Shown here piece after piece: positions 1 through 10,412 of a stretch of 60,676 nt of DNA (positions are counted from its first letter, which is position 1; each line of letters begins with the position of its first letter). A program made the translations under genes and the position numbers. The notes beneath the pieces were generated by a model that was not told the DNA's origin, did not search any database, and saw only the letters and a program-made list of their open reading frames with translations. The stretch is from positions 1-60,676 of the IMG/VR virus record IMGVR_UViG_3300044731_001504; one strand, given 5' to 3'. This DNA is from a virus (lineage: Duplodnaviria > Caudoviricetes).

Positions 1-122
1 AATTCGCTGATTTCTCCCTTCATTGTAGAAGCGAGTATTCCTTTTGCGTTTTCAGCAATTACATCTTCCAAATTTTTCATTTGGATAATTGCCTCTTCAA
101 CTAATGAATTTTTTTCACTCAT
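1..122 (-). CDS. 5' part of a putative prohead core/scaffold protein (runs off the window edge)
   Basis: ATG at 122 reads MSEKNSLVEEAIIQMKNLEDVIAENAKGIL...; helical and acidic; lies downstream of the prohead protease as in T4 head gene order; TATTTAT motif upstream. Confidence 0.5.
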   Translation of the reverse strand, partial: MSEKNSLVEEAIIQMKNLEDVIAENAKGILASTMKGEISE

Positions 123-212
123 TTTTTTTATTTGTTTTTTCTTAATAAATATATTATATTTGACAAAAAATTAATTTTGCCAATATATTATCTCAAATAA
201 ATATATGAGGAA

Positions 213-250
213 ATAAAAAAAGGGGACAAAAAGTCCCCATTTATTTTTTT
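213..250. terminator. intrinsic terminator, probably bidirectional
   Basis: A-run, GGGGAC-aaaaa-GTCCCC stem, T-rich run. Confidence 0.75.
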
Positions 251-263
251 ATGTAAAATTTAT

Positions 264-479
264 TTATTCAAAAATTTCATCAATTTTACTTTCAGCAACT
301 GAAGTAATTCTCCAATCATAACTAAATGATTCGTAAGCCTTTGTAACTTTAGCCTCAACATCAGTTACATTATAACCTTTAACAAGTTTTTCTTCTCTTA
401 CTTTTTTAATTTTACCTGAGTTTTCATCTGGCAAATCATATTGAATTTTTGCCACAAAATATTTTTCGTCCATTTCCAT
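264..479 (-). CDS. DUF4494-like small protein
   Basis: YFVAKIQY...GKIKKVREEKLV...TDVEAKV...ITSVAESKIDEIF resembles the Bacteroidota DUF4494 pattern (from memory). Confidence 0.55.
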   Translation of the reverse strand: MEMDEKYFVAKIQYDLPDENSGKIKKVREEKLVKGYNVTDVEAKVTKAYESFSYDWRITSVAESKIDEIFE

Positions 480-513
480 AATTTATTTTTTTAGAAATAT
501 ACGATAGGTAAGA

Positions 514-1248
514 TTATCTATCAAGATATGCCGACAATTTTTTCATTAAATCTAATGATTTGTTTGCCGATTCTTCTCCACCTGATAAAGTTCTCACAGC
601 TTTCATTTTGTTTTCCTCATCAAGATTCTCTTCAAAATTATTCCTGTCTTCAGGATTTGTGAATAGATATGCACCAGGAGTTGACGGAGATGAAACAAGG
701 TCAAAACAAATTAATTCAAAATCATCTTGAACTTCATTTTGTTCACCTACCTTTTTTAACGACCCAACACCACGAGAAGAAATACCAAGAGTAACACCTT
801 GTCTTAAATAGTTTGCCGCTAAATCTCCTTTAGTTGAGCAGATTCCTCTTTCGTGAAATCCTGGTGATGTTAATAATCTCAATTTACCCATTAGGATTTT
901 ACCATCCCACCAAATGTCAGTAATGATATGAGCAACTCTATCCAAGTCAATTAAAGATGATTCAGGGTGATTTAATTCAGATAGTGAAACACCTTTTTGA
1001 ATCATCTTTTTATAATTCTCAGCCTCTCTTTTTAATATCTTTTCAGGATAAATTCTCCCGTTTCTATTTGGGGTATTATATTTTTGTAATACCGCATAGA
1101 ATTCAAATGGTTTTGAGTGGTCTAAAAAACTCTTTGATTCACGAATAATATCAGCATTCCCGTGTTCCTTTGGATTAATGTATCCCGCATCATACTCAAT
1201 CAAAATTCCTTTACCTACATGGCCGGGTTGTATAATAGAATAGTTCAT
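514..1248 (-). CDS. prohead maturation protease (T4 gp21-like)
   Basis: NRNGRIYP, ELNHP, GISSRGVGS (catalytic Ser) and FDLVSSPS motifs; near portal. Confidence 0.93.
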   Translation of the reverse strand: MNYSIIQPGHVGKGILIEYDAGYINPKEHGNADIIRESKSFLDHSKPFEFYAVLQKYNTPNRNGRIYPEKILKREAENYKKMIQKGVSLSELNHPESSLIDLDRVAHIITDIWWDGKILMGKLRLLTSPGFHERGICSTKGDLAANYLRQGVTLGISSRGVGSLKKVGEQNEVQDDFELICFDLVSSPSTPGAYLFTNPEDRNNFEENLDEENKMKAVRTLSGGEESANKSLDLMKKLSAYLDR

Positions 1249-1277
1249 AAACTTTTTATTTATAAATAAATATACAA

Positions 1278-1727
1278 CTAAACCATAACTTTATCGGATG
1301 TTTTCTTTGATATGTCAAAAAAGAAATATTTGTTGTTTATAAAGTTTTCTGAAATGATTGAGTTTGCAATTTTTTTCATTTCAGATTTAACATAATTTGA
1401 TTTGAAATCAAAATTTGATTTTGTGTAGAAAAAGCATTCTAAATTCATAAAAGATTTTTTTCCCATTGATATCCCACTTGACCTTAAATCCATATCACAT
1501 ATAAATTTTAGTTCAAATAATTCAGGAGAAATAATATCTGAAATGGTTAATTTAATTCTTTTAATTAAATAATTAATTACCCTTTCAGCGTTTTCAAAAA
1601 AATCTTTGGGTTCTACCCAACTTTGAATGTTTAAATAAATTGATTTTAAATTTTTGTAATCTACCGTCCCGTAACTCACTTTGAACGATTTAAATCCTGT
1701 GAGTTTTACACTCTTACCTTTTTTCAT
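1278..1727 (-). CDS. hypothetical protein
   Basis: 149-aa ORF co-oriented within the head cluster. Confidence 0.7.
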   Translation of the reverse strand: MKKGKSVKLTGFKSFKVSYGTVDYKNLKSIYLNIQSWVEPKDFFENAERVINYLIKRIKLTISDIISPELFELKFICDMDLRSSGISMGKKSFMNLECFFYTKSNFDFKSNYVKSEMKKIANSIISENFINNKYFFFDISKKTSDKVMV

Positions 1728-1796
1728 TAATTAACATAATAACCGAAGTTTATTTTATGTTAAAAATATAAGATATAAAAGTTATAAAACCAAAAA

Positions 1797-2504
1797 TTAA
1801 AGAGTATTAAATAATTTCTTTAATCTAACAAGATTAAGTTGGTTTGGAGAATCGTTTTTAATTCTTTCAATTGTCTCATCAATTTTTGTTTTTGTATCAG
1901 AATCACTATTGTCTTTTAGTTCTTCCAATTTCTCAATAGTCATTTCAGAGATAACTGAATATTTGTTTTTAATTTCTCCCTCGGATAAAGTAAGATATTT
2001 GTTTAAAGTTTTCAACTCCTGTTCAGAAAGTTCCATTAGGAAATTTTTAGTAGTATTCTCAGCAACCTCATATACTTTATCAAGAGGTAGATTTGCAGTG
2101 TCTTTTACTTTTTCTGTGGAAGTTATTGATTTAATTAAATTTTTCTTTGATTCTAAAATAGTTTCAAATAAGATATTATCAGTATCTAAAACATTATCAA
2201 TTTGTTTGTATGAATTTTCAGATAGTTTTGTTTTTCCAACCCAAGAATTAAGTTTTGATAATTTCTTATCATTTAAATTTAATTTCTCAAATTGTCTGAT
2301 ACACTCATCAATCAATGAATTTGCGTCATCTTTAGACATCCCTCTTTTTCTATCTAACACATCATAGATATAGAAAGCCTTAGCAATGTCCTTATCTTCC
2401 AAAACTAAACTTTTGAAAGTTTTAATTTCAGATTTAAAAGTATTATTTGACATTGACTCAACTAAAAACTTTTCAACTTTTGATTTTAAGATACCTATTT
2501 TCAT
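1797..2504 (-). CDS. hypothetical helical protein (possible prohead core component)
   Basis: 235-aa ORF directly after portal; TATTTAT upstream. Confidence 0.65.
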   Translation of the reverse strand: MKIGILKSKVEKFLVESMSNNTFKSEIKTFKSLVLEDKDIAKAFYIYDVLDRKRGMSKDDANSLIDECIRQFEKLNLNDKKLSKLNSWVGKTKLSENSYKQIDNVLDTDNILFETILESKKNLIKSITSTEKVKDTANLPLDKVYEVAENTTKNFLMELSEQELKTLNKYLTLSEGEIKNKYSVISEMTIEKLEELKDNSDSDTKTKIDETIERIKNDSPNQLNLVRLKKLFNTL

Positions 2505-2517
2505 ACTATAATAAATA

Positions 2518-4332
2518 TTAATCTTTTAGAAGATTACTTAACTTTTTTTCAATTTCTAAAAGAGAATCTGAACTTCTATCAAAATCAAAAAAATCATCAT
2601 CATTTTCTAATAAAATATTAAGTTCTCTTTCTTTTTTACTTTCAGGTGTTAATCCGGCAGGTTCAGGTTCGCCTCCTGGCGGGGGTGGTGGTCCACCAGC
2701 TTCAGGTCCCGCTTCAGGAGCTCCTCCAAGTCCTCCTGATGGTTCTCCACCTCCTTCAGGTGGTGTGGAGGTAGTACCTGAAGTGCTACCATATAATTTA
2801 TCAATATTATCAAACAAACCTGTGTGTTTAATAACTTCAGCGGTTGCTGCTAATTCACCCGCAACTGCTTTTTCAACACGTTGTTGCTGGATATCAAGTT
2901 TAATTTCCTCGTCAGAAAATCCAAGAATATTCTTTTTAGCCCAAGATATTGATGTTGGAGCAATTCCCTCAATCGCAGTAACCGCATCCTTATACAATGT
3001 GATTTTTTCTTTCCAAATATCAATTTTAAGAAGGTCTGCCTGTGTTGATGGATTAGTTAATGTTAAAGTGAAATTACTTAATTCATCTTCAAACCCTAAC
3101 AAAAATAAGTGGATAATCGCAATCTTATTTAATTCCGCTAATACACATTTTTGAATTCTGTTAATAGTTCTTGCAAAACGAATATCCAATAAAGATAAGT
3201 TTTTTCCGTCACCAACTACTTCTTCAAATCCTAAAAACGCTTTAGGGACACGAAGAGCCGTTAATAATTTCTTTTGGATATATTCAATATCCGCAATTTC
3301 TGATAGGTTTGTTGCACCAGGTAAAGTATCAATTGGGTTTGGTGCCGCTGGGTCTCTAACAGGAATAAAATAATCTTGGTCAACCGCCATTTGATTAAAT
3401 CTCATATCCACATTACCTGTCTTATTGTCGACAGTTTGAGACCTTTTAAATTTGTTTGCAACTCTTTGTACATATGGTTCAATATCTTTATCATCCATAT
3501 TACCGACAAATACTTTAAATACTCTTCTTTCAGGTGCTCTTGATGTTCTATAAATTAACATGGCATCTTCTGACAACAATAACTGTTTCCAAATACGACG
3601 AGCCTTTTCTAACATAGATGTTCCATATGGAAGTTTTCTATCGTCACCTAACAATCTAAAGTGAGCAATCTCCCAAGTATTGAATTCCATTTCTTTGTTC
3701 TTCCACGAAAATCTTAATCCTCTTGTTTCAACATCTGCATTTTCCAAATTAGATTTACCTTTCATTCCTCTTTCAACCCTTTCAATTTCAATATTCGGTA
3801 ATTGAGAACATCCAACAACTCCTTTTTCAGGGTCTAATCGTAGATAAACAAAATTATCACCATACTTGCAAACGTTTCTAATCCACATTTGTAAGTTAGT
3901 ATTAATGTCCATAGCATTATTGAACAAATCAGCCAATACACTTTTTATTCTTTTTGATTCAGAATAAATTTGTAAGGTATGTCCGTTTTGGTCAGGAGTA
4001 GTTGATTCCTCAGCATATATATCCAGAGCTGTTGATATTTCAGGAGTATACTCCATTGACTCATAGTCATAATACGATGCCAATCTTGTAGGTTCAAAAT
4101 AAACACCTTGTGTGTACAAGTTGTTCTCAATTTTCTGCCATTGATTGGCAAGATAAAAAGTTTGTTGAGCCTGTAATTTATTTAAATCATACTCACCTTT
4201 TGAGGTGGTTTTCAACAATTCGGTCTTATCAAACTTGTAAGTTGGGTAATCTTGTCCCAATAATGAATTAGGACCAAAGGTTTGTGATAACCTTTGCCAA
4301 ACTGTTAGTTTTTGATTTTGATTATTTTCCAT
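2518..4332 (-). CDS. portal protein (T4 gp20-like)
   Basis: PYGTSMLEKARRIWKQL, EDAMLIYRTSRAPERRVF, DYFIPVR, IDTLPG, DIEYIQKKL..ALRVP motifs; Pro/Gly-rich C-terminal tail. Confidence 0.95.
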   Translation of the reverse strand: MENNQNQKLTVWQRLSQTFGPNSLLGQDYPTYKFDKTELLKTTSKGEYDLNKLQAQQTFYLANQWQKIENNLYTQGVYFEPTRLASYYDYESMEYTPEISTALDIYAEESTTPDQNGHTLQIYSESKRIKSVLADLFNNAMDINTNLQMWIRNVCKYGDNFVYLRLDPEKGVVGCSQLPNIEIERVERGMKGKSNLENADVETRGLRFSWKNKEMEFNTWEIAHFRLLGDDRKLPYGTSMLEKARRIWKQLLLSEDAMLIYRTSRAPERRVFKVFVGNMDDKDIEPYVQRVANKFKRSQTVDNKTGNVDMRFNQMAVDQDYFIPVRDPAAPNPIDTLPGATNLSEIADIEYIQKKLLTALRVPKAFLGFEEVVGDGKNLSLLDIRFARTINRIQKCVLAELNKIAIIHLFLLGFEDELSNFTLTLTNPSTQADLLKIDIWKEKITLYKDAVTAIEGIAPTSISWAKKNILGFSDEEIKLDIQQQRVEKAVAGELAATAEVIKHTGLFDNIDKLYGSTSGTTSTPPEGGGEPSGGLGGAPEAGPEAGGPPPPPGGEPEPAGLTPESKKERELNILLENDDDFFDFDRSSDSLLEIEKKLSNLLKD

Positions 4333-4369
4333 ATTAAAATTTAATCACTTTCTTTCTTTTATAAATACA

Positions 4370-6127
4370 TCATCTTCTACTTCCAAACAACCATCCATAT
4401 TTAGCATAGTCTTCTCTTGTATGTTCCATAGGGTGTTGTTGATTTCCAACAATATATGATGGGACATAAGTGTTTTGACTTACTGATTTTGAAACATTAT
4501 CATTTTCAGCTACTGCCCAAGAATCCAACATTGTTTTGGCTTGTTCTGTAACTTTTGTTAATGATGAGAATGAATTTTCACCAACATAACAAGCCATTGC
4601 GATTGACATAATCAAGTCATCGTGTTGTCCTTTTTGGTGGTCAGGTCTTCCGTTAACGTAAACAAATGTGTTCATTTCATTCAGCAACCTTGAAGAATAC
4701 ACCTTAAACCCGTGTCTTAGATATTCTTCGTATGCTGCAATAATTTGAACTCGTTTAGAGTTGAAGTTAATTCCCGGTATTTTTTCCATTGACTTTGGGT
4801 CATACTTCCATCTATTTGTTGCATCTAACCCATCAATATATAAACTCTTATAACCAAGTTCCTGTAGTTTTCTTGAGGTGGTGACTCCCATACCACCAGT
4901 GATATCAACAACAATAAATGCCGAATACATTAATCCCCATTTATAACAAAGTTCTGCCAAAGTATCAGGAGGAAGTTTACCAATATATTCCGCAACCTGT
5001 TCTCTTGTTTCAAAATCAATTATTTGGAATGTGGAATAGTCCTCACTATCCCCACGACTAACGTCAACCCCCATAATATATCTATGCCCTTCAATTGGGT
5101 CTTTCCATATCCATAATCCACCACTAACCATCTTTCCTTGTGGTTCTCGAACCATATTAGTCCTAATGTCTTCAGTTATTCTACTGTCAAATACGTTATC
5201 ACCTGAACCCAAAAATGCACATTCCAACTCCTGATTAACTTTACGTTTGTCATATTTGAGTTTTTTAACCATCTTCTCATACCAATTTGAAGTTGGTTTA
5301 TATCCTTTGGAAATTAATGAGTTAATCTCACTGTAATCTTTTTGTTTTCCACCAAAATCAATTACCTCATCATTTAAGTGTTCTTCTCTATTCAAGAAAT
5401 AATGGATGATATCATCACATTTAACAAGTTGTAAATCTTTATTATATCTTGGGTCTTTATACCAAACCATAGGAGAAATTTTGAAATCATTCATTCCCTT
5501 TTGAGCTTGGTCAAAAATTTCATAATAGATTGGGTCATATCCATTAGGGGTTGAAATAACGATTACCTTACCCCCTGTGGATAAGGACGCCATACAAGCC
5601 GCCCAAAAATCTCCGTCGGCCTCAATATATGCCGCTTCGTCAAATACTAATATTGTTGGTGTATAACCACGTAATGCGTCAGTAGAAGTAGCGACTGCCT
5701 TAACTTCACATCCATTTGTTAATTTAAAATGTCTTTGTGAGTTTTTTTCAGTTGAAAAAGTAACCCCAACCCATTTTGGCCATTGGTCCGTAAAACCACG
5801 AACTTTGTTCGCCATTTCAACCGCAGTATCTAATTTGTTAGCAATAATAAGAACCTTTTCAGGTTTATTCTTTTTTGCAAAAACTAATTTTTTGGATGCC
5901 CATGCCGCGGTTACGGTAGATACACCAGCCTGACGATATTTTAATGCAATATTTTCATTAAAATTTTCGTAATCTTCAATTAACGTAACTTGGTCTGGGA
6001 ATAGTTCTAATGGGACATACTGAGAAACAGTATTATCATATGTTTGTAAATAAGTTTTCAAGGCGTATGGAGTGTCCTTCATACACCTTGTATACTCAAT
6101 AATTAGGTCTTCTTTAGTCATTGCCAT
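4370..6127 (-). CDS. terL: terminase large subunit (T4 gp17-like)
   Basis: Walker A LKYRQAGVST, Walker B LVFDEAA, ISTPNG, nuclease motifs MGVDVSRG and HDDLIM; adjacent to portal. Confidence 0.95.
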   Translation of the reverse strand: MAMTKEDLIIEYTRCMKDTPYALKTYLQTYDNTVSQYVPLELFPDQVTLIEDYENFNENIALKYRQAGVSTVTAAWASKKLVFAKKNKPEKVLIIANKLDTAVEMANKVRGFTDQWPKWVGVTFSTEKNSQRHFKLTNGCEVKAVATSTDALRGYTPTILVFDEAAYIEADGDFWAACMASLSTGGKVIVISTPNGYDPIYYEIFDQAQKGMNDFKISPMVWYKDPRYNKDLQLVKCDDIIHYFLNREEHLNDEVIDFGGKQKDYSEINSLISKGYKPTSNWYEKMVKKLKYDKRKVNQELECAFLGSGDNVFDSRITEDIRTNMVREPQGKMVSGGLWIWKDPIEGHRYIMGVDVSRGDSEDYSTFQIIDFETREQVAEYIGKLPPDTLAELCYKWGLMYSAFIVVDITGGMGVTTSRKLQELGYKSLYIDGLDATNRWKYDPKSMEKIPGINFNSKRVQIIAAYEEYLRHGFKVYSSRLLNEMNTFVYVNGRPDHQKGQHDDLIMSIAMACYVGENSFSSLTKVTEQAKTMLDSWAVAENDNVSKSVSQNTYVPSYIVGNQQHPMEHTREDYAKYGWLFGSRR

Positions 6128-6163
6128 ATCCAATAAATATAATCAGATATGGCAATAACTTTT

Positions 6164-7477
6164 TTAATCTTCTAAATCAATTCCGAGACTATCTAAAAAT
6201 CCAGAGATATCATCATCACCTGAATCCATATCTTTTGACTGTTTGTATTCTTCATACTGTTGTAATAAATCCATTGCGTCTCTAACAATTTCCTTCATTT
6301 CCAATTTTGCCCTATTGTTGTCCTTTGGGTCATCTGAAATCACCATTGACATCAAGTTAAGGAATTCTTTTGGTTTTTTAGAGTACAATAATTTCTTGAA
6401 CCAAGGATTAACCTTTGGATTTTCAAGTGCCTCAGCTGGTAAGACATTTCTTAAAGCCTCAACCACTTCAGGACCTATACGGATTTGCATAATCTCATTT
6501 TCAAAAGTATCGGTTTGACCATAAACTTCTTTGGAATATCCTGGTTCAGTGTTTCTAAACTGTTCTCTTGTTGGGGCTTCTTCAATCCCCTTAATAATTT
6601 CGTGAACTAAAATTGGGAAGATAATACCTTGAGCCACAATTTTTGTATCAGGAGCATCATCATCCTCTTGACCCATTTCACCATTTTCATCCTCTTCTTC
6701 ATCAGCATCTTCCAAATTAACACTACCCGCAACTCCTTGACCTGTTTGTGTCGCCATTTCAATGAAATCCTCCATAGTGAAATATGAAATGTCCAACATT
6801 GCCATTAATTTAACATACAATTCAGATAGTCTAGCATCTTTTCTATCAATTTGTGATTTAATAGATGGTTCTTGGAAATAGTAATGACCTTTTTTTGCCT
6901 CACCTTGAGTAATAGCATTTGTTAAATTTCTCATCTGAACGTGTTGTTGGAACTCCTCTTCCTCTGTTGGGAAATCGGGGTCAAACGCTTGCTCACCGTA
7001 TTTTTCAAAATCAGGAACATTCTTCCTTTCTTTTCTTTTATCAGGTTTTAGTTTAAAATTTGGGACTGAAAAATCCGTCTCTTCTTGACCTAAACTCAAC
7101 TCATATTGAAACCAATCTTTATCAATACCTGTTTTTTCAGCCGCGACTCTTAATGCCAAATCTTTAAGATATTTTTTATGTGGTGATTCTAACCTCATAA
7201 TTTCACGCACTGTTGAATACATTTGCATGAATAGAGCTCTGATTTCTGAAGTACCTCCTAAAGTTTCTCTCCCTGTTGATTGTCTCGCTTTTCTAACAAT
7301 ATCTGCAAATCTTTTAGATGCCATTCTTTCAACATCAGACACACCTCTTTTAAAGGCGGGATTTTTTGCATATAAACTTTCAGGAGAACCTAACTTTCTT
7401 TCAGTGTTTGGGTCCATCCTTTCAGGAAATCCTTCAGGATAATTAATCGGTGCTTCTTTAATATTTCTCTTCGCCAT
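6164..7477 (-). CDS. hypothetical protein
   Basis: 437-aa ORF with acidic insert, upstream of terminase. Confidence 0.75.
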   Translation of the reverse strand: MAKRNIKEAPINYPEGFPERMDPNTERKLGSPESLYAKNPAFKRGVSDVERMASKRFADIVRKARQSTGRETLGGTSEIRALFMQMYSTVREIMRLESPHKKYLKDLALRVAAEKTGIDKDWFQYELSLGQEETDFSVPNFKLKPDKRKERKNVPDFEKYGEQAFDPDFPTEEEEFQQHVQMRNLTNAITQGEAKKGHYYFQEPSIKSQIDRKDARLSELYVKLMAMLDISYFTMEDFIEMATQTGQGVAGSVNLEDADEEEDENGEMGQEDDDAPDTKIVAQGIIFPILVHEIIKGIEEAPTREQFRNTEPGYSKEVYGQTDTFENEIMQIRIGPEVVEALRNVLPAEALENPKVNPWFKKLLYSKKPKEFLNLMSMVISDDPKDNNRAKLEMKEIVRDAMDLLQQYEEYKQSKDMDSGDDDISGFLDSLGIDLED

Positions 7478-7479
7478 TT

Positions 7480-8289
7480 TTACTTATTTAAAATTTTGTT
7501 AATTGCTGACATAAATTCGTCTTTCTTTCTTTTCATATCAGACGCTTTAGCGGGTGCGGGTCCTTCACCTGGTTTAGGATTTCTTCCTGGGTGAGAAGGT
7601 CTTGGTCTTGTTTCAGTTCCGGGTTTAACTTTTGGTTTTGCCGGAGCAACTTCCGTTTCAGACATTTCACCTTTACCAAAAACCAATTTACCAATTGGTT
7701 TATTCATTTTTGTTTTTCCGATTAATGGAGCACTTGTCATCATATCTTTTGGTTTTGATTCAAGCAAAGATATAAAATCTTTTTTAGATATTCTCGCATT
7801 TAATCCGTTTGTTAACAATTTTTCAAATTTGGATTCTAATATTACCTCGTATGGATTCTTACCTTCTTTAACTGATTTTTTAACATCCATCACACATCTT
7901 TCATACTTATCCATATTTTTTCTTCCAACTGATGAAGTACAAATAGCCCAAGGGTTGTATTTTGATTTTTTCTTATTTTTACCTTCAGACATTTCACCAT
8001 CCTTGATTACTTTGTTTTTTGGAGCCGCTGATTTACCTGATTTTTGCAAAACTCTAATTCCACCACCTTGTGTTGGACTTACTTCACCATTTGCAACATT
8101 TACACCTTCTCCCTTTTTCATCATATCTGCAACTTCAGATGCTGTATAATCAGTAGTTTTTACAGTTTGTGTTTTAGTAGTCGCTTCACCTAAAAGCAAA
8201 GATAGTAACTGGTCAATTTGTGACTCAGTTAAACTATTAATTGTTTCTTCAGAAAATCCTATTTCTGATAATTTTTCATTAATTTTCAT
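7480..8289 (-). CDS. hypothetical protein (possible internal head protein)
   Basis: 269 aa; several (I/L)xE sites, NPWAIC...YERC module and a Pro/Lys-rich segment. Confidence 0.65.
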   Translation of the reverse strand: MKINEKLSEIGFSEETINSLTESQIDQLLSLLLGEATTKTQTVKTTDYTASEVADMMKKGEGVNVANGEVSPTQGGGIRVLQKSGKSAAPKNKVIKDGEMSEGKNKKKSKYNPWAICTSSVGRKNMDKYERCVMDVKKSVKEGKNPYEVILESKFEKLLTNGLNARISKKDFISLLESKPKDMMTSAPLIGKTKMNKPIGKLVFGKGEMSETEVAPAKPKVKPGTETRPRPSHPGRNPKPGEGPAPAKASDMKRKKDEFMSAINKILNK

Positions 8290-8683
8290 AAACTATATTT
8301 TTTTCAAACTCAAGAATTAAATCTCTTTCGTAAAGTTTATCTTTAACTTCTTTTTCGGACATTCCATAATGAAACACTAATCTTGTTGTATGGTCAAAAT
8401 CTATTTCATCATCAACTTCCCATCCTAATGCAATTACTTTATCAACTGCATCAAAAAAACAAAAAAAGTCAGAGTTTTGAACTAACTCCATTTTTAATTT
8501 AGAGTTCTTCAAAATCCCAACCTTTTCAACATATTCTATTCTCGGAGGTTTGGGATACCCATTTGCCGGTTTTGCATCCCAATCATCTCCGTCGCAATTT
8601 TTTTCATCGCCAAAAATGAACTCATACATAAAGTTCCCTTTATAGTCTGAACCAAGTTGGTTTATGAAAATTAAATTACCCAT
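8279..8683 (-). CDS. hypothetical protein
   Basis: 134-aa ORF overlapping both neighbours (translational coupling). Confidence 0.7.
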   Translation of the reverse strand: MGNLIFINQLGSDYKGNFMYEFIFGDEKNCDGDDWDAKPANGYPKPPRIEYVEKVGILKNSKLKMELVQNSDFFCFFDAVDKVIALGWEVDDEIDFDHTTRLVFHYGMSEKEVKDKLYERDLILEFEKNIVYEN

Positions 8684-9962
8684 TTATTTTACCGTCAGTT
8701 GATACTTTAAATTGTCTGTTATTTTTTTCAAAAACTAAATTTTGTTTGTTTGTTTTACCAACAAATTTTAATCCTTTAACATTTTCAGTCAATCTCTTAC
8801 TAACTTCAAATTGTTTTTTAGATTCGGATAATCTTTCTAATTCAGAAATTAATTCTTTTTCCTTTCTTAAATTTTGTTCATTTAAAAAAGTATTTTCACT
8901 TCCTTTCTTTTTGAAGTACTTTGTAAGAAGTTTGTCTACTTTAGACTCGGAGAATATTCCATCCATAATATCTTGTGGATTGTAACCCATACCTTTCTTC
9001 ATCATTTGTCCAACTGAATTTGTTGCAGTTCTTGATGCTAATTCAGGCCAACTACCTTCACCCATCTCACTTGTAGGTTCTTCAATTGGTTCCTCATCCG
9101 ACATAATATCGTCTTCAGTATTTGTTGGTTCATTATCACCCATATCCATATCTTCAATATCCTCCTCTTCAAATTTTGCCATAATATCATCCTTATCTTC
9201 TTGAGATAACTTGTTTAAATCAACCGCCGATAATATTGTATTAATAACATACTTAATATTTTTGTCAGTTAACTTGTCTTCATCAGCCAAGTCTCTCATT
9301 TTTTGTGTAACTTTACCTAATAATTTTTGGACTAATCTAAATGAACCTGGTGCGTGTTCTTCGTCGTCTCCATCAGGTTCCATTCCCGCATCAACAGGTT
9401 CATCACCCATTGGCATTTCATCACCCATTGGCATGTCGTCGGCTGGCATAGGTTCATCCCCCATAGCCATAGGGTCTCCCATAGGAGGTTCATTCCCCAT
9501 AGGTGGCGCGGGTGGGGTTGGAGCCATTGGCTCAGGAGCCGGAGGTGGAACATTTTCCACTTCAGGAAGTGCGTCTACGGGATTAGAATTTTTTTTTTGC
9601 TTCAGAAAGAATTTCTTATCTTCTGAAAACAATGAAATACCATCTTCGTTACCGTAGTTTTCATTCAATTCCTTTGCAATAATATTTAATCTCTTTAATG
9701 CTTGTGAGTATGAATCAAAATACTTTCTTTCTTGAATTGGTTCTCTATAATCTACAGAATTTTCATTAACTGATGACTTAATAATATAACCATTTCTCTC
9801 TTTTACGATATGGTACATATTACCATCGGCTAATACTTTACTATATTCTGACGTATGTTCATTAACATTTGGATTATTGCTATAGTTAGCAATTTCAATG
9901 ATTCTTTTAATCTTGTCTAATCCTTGAAGTTTCTCACTTCCTAATGGTCTTAAATTTGACAT
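8676..9962 (-). CDS. hypothetical acidic Pro/Met-rich protein (possible head core protein)
   Basis: 428 aa; PMGDE-type low-complexity repeats. Confidence 0.7.
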   Translation of the reverse strand: MSNLRPLGSEKLQGLDKIKRIIEIANYSNNPNVNEHTSEYSKVLADGNMYHIVKERNGYIIKSSVNENSVDYREPIQERKYFDSYSQALKRLNIIAKELNENYGNEDGISLFSEDKKFFLKQKKNSNPVDALPEVENVPPPAPEPMAPTPPAPPMGNEPPMGDPMAMGDEPMPADDMPMGDEMPMGDEPVDAGMEPDGDDEEHAPGSFRLVQKLLGKVTQKMRDLADEDKLTDKNIKYVINTILSAVDLNKLSQEDKDDIMAKFEEEDIEDMDMGDNEPTNTEDDIMSDEEPIEEPTSEMGEGSWPELASRTATNSVGQMMKKGMGYNPQDIMDGIFSESKVDKLLTKYFKKKGSENTFLNEQNLRKEKELISELERLSESKKQFEVSKRLTENVKGLKFVGKTNKQNLVFEKNNRQFKVSTDGKING

Positions 9963-9979
9963 ATTGTTTGTTTGTTTTT

Positions 9980-10390
9980 TTACGAGTTTAATCCGTTAAA
10001 TCCACCTAATGTTACGGAATTCATTTGTATTACATCAACATTTGCTCCGTTTGACCACACTGCGTGATTAACACTTGTTGCGGATACGGAAACATTTTGA
10101 TTGGCGTCATTACATACTATTTGGCAATAAACATAATTAGTACCTGCGGATACAGTTGTTCTTGAGTTATTACACAAAACACAACTATCGTATGGTCCTG
10201 ATGCAAAATTAATTGAGGCGGTTGGTGTTGTACCTGTTGTTATTCTGAAACACTCGGCTGCAACCCCTCCTGTTGATAATTGTAGTTGTCCATAATAGAA
10301 CTTTGCGTCTGTCAAACTTCCATCTACCGCTTGGTTAGATACGAATACTTGACCTGAACTACAACCTGAAAATGCGTAATATGTTGCCAT
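9980..10390 (-). CDS. hypothetical Cys/Ser/Thr-rich protein (possible virion surface protein)
   Basis: 136 aa, several Cys, few charged residues; TATTTAT upstream. Confidence 0.6.
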   Translation of the reverse strand: MATYYAFSGCSSGQVFVSNQAVDGSLTDAKFYYGQLQLSTGGVAAECFRITTGTTPTASINFASGPYDSCVLCNNSRTTVSAGTNYVYCQIVCNDANQNVSVSATSVNHAVWSNGANVDVIQMNSVTLGGFNGLNS

Positions 10391-10412
10391 TTATTTTTTC
10401 TTTATAAATATA

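Noticed and set aside
4370-6127. Intein or intron in terminase or portal
   Set aside because: Motifs are collinear at normal length, with no splice-junction or homing-endonuclease signature seen.
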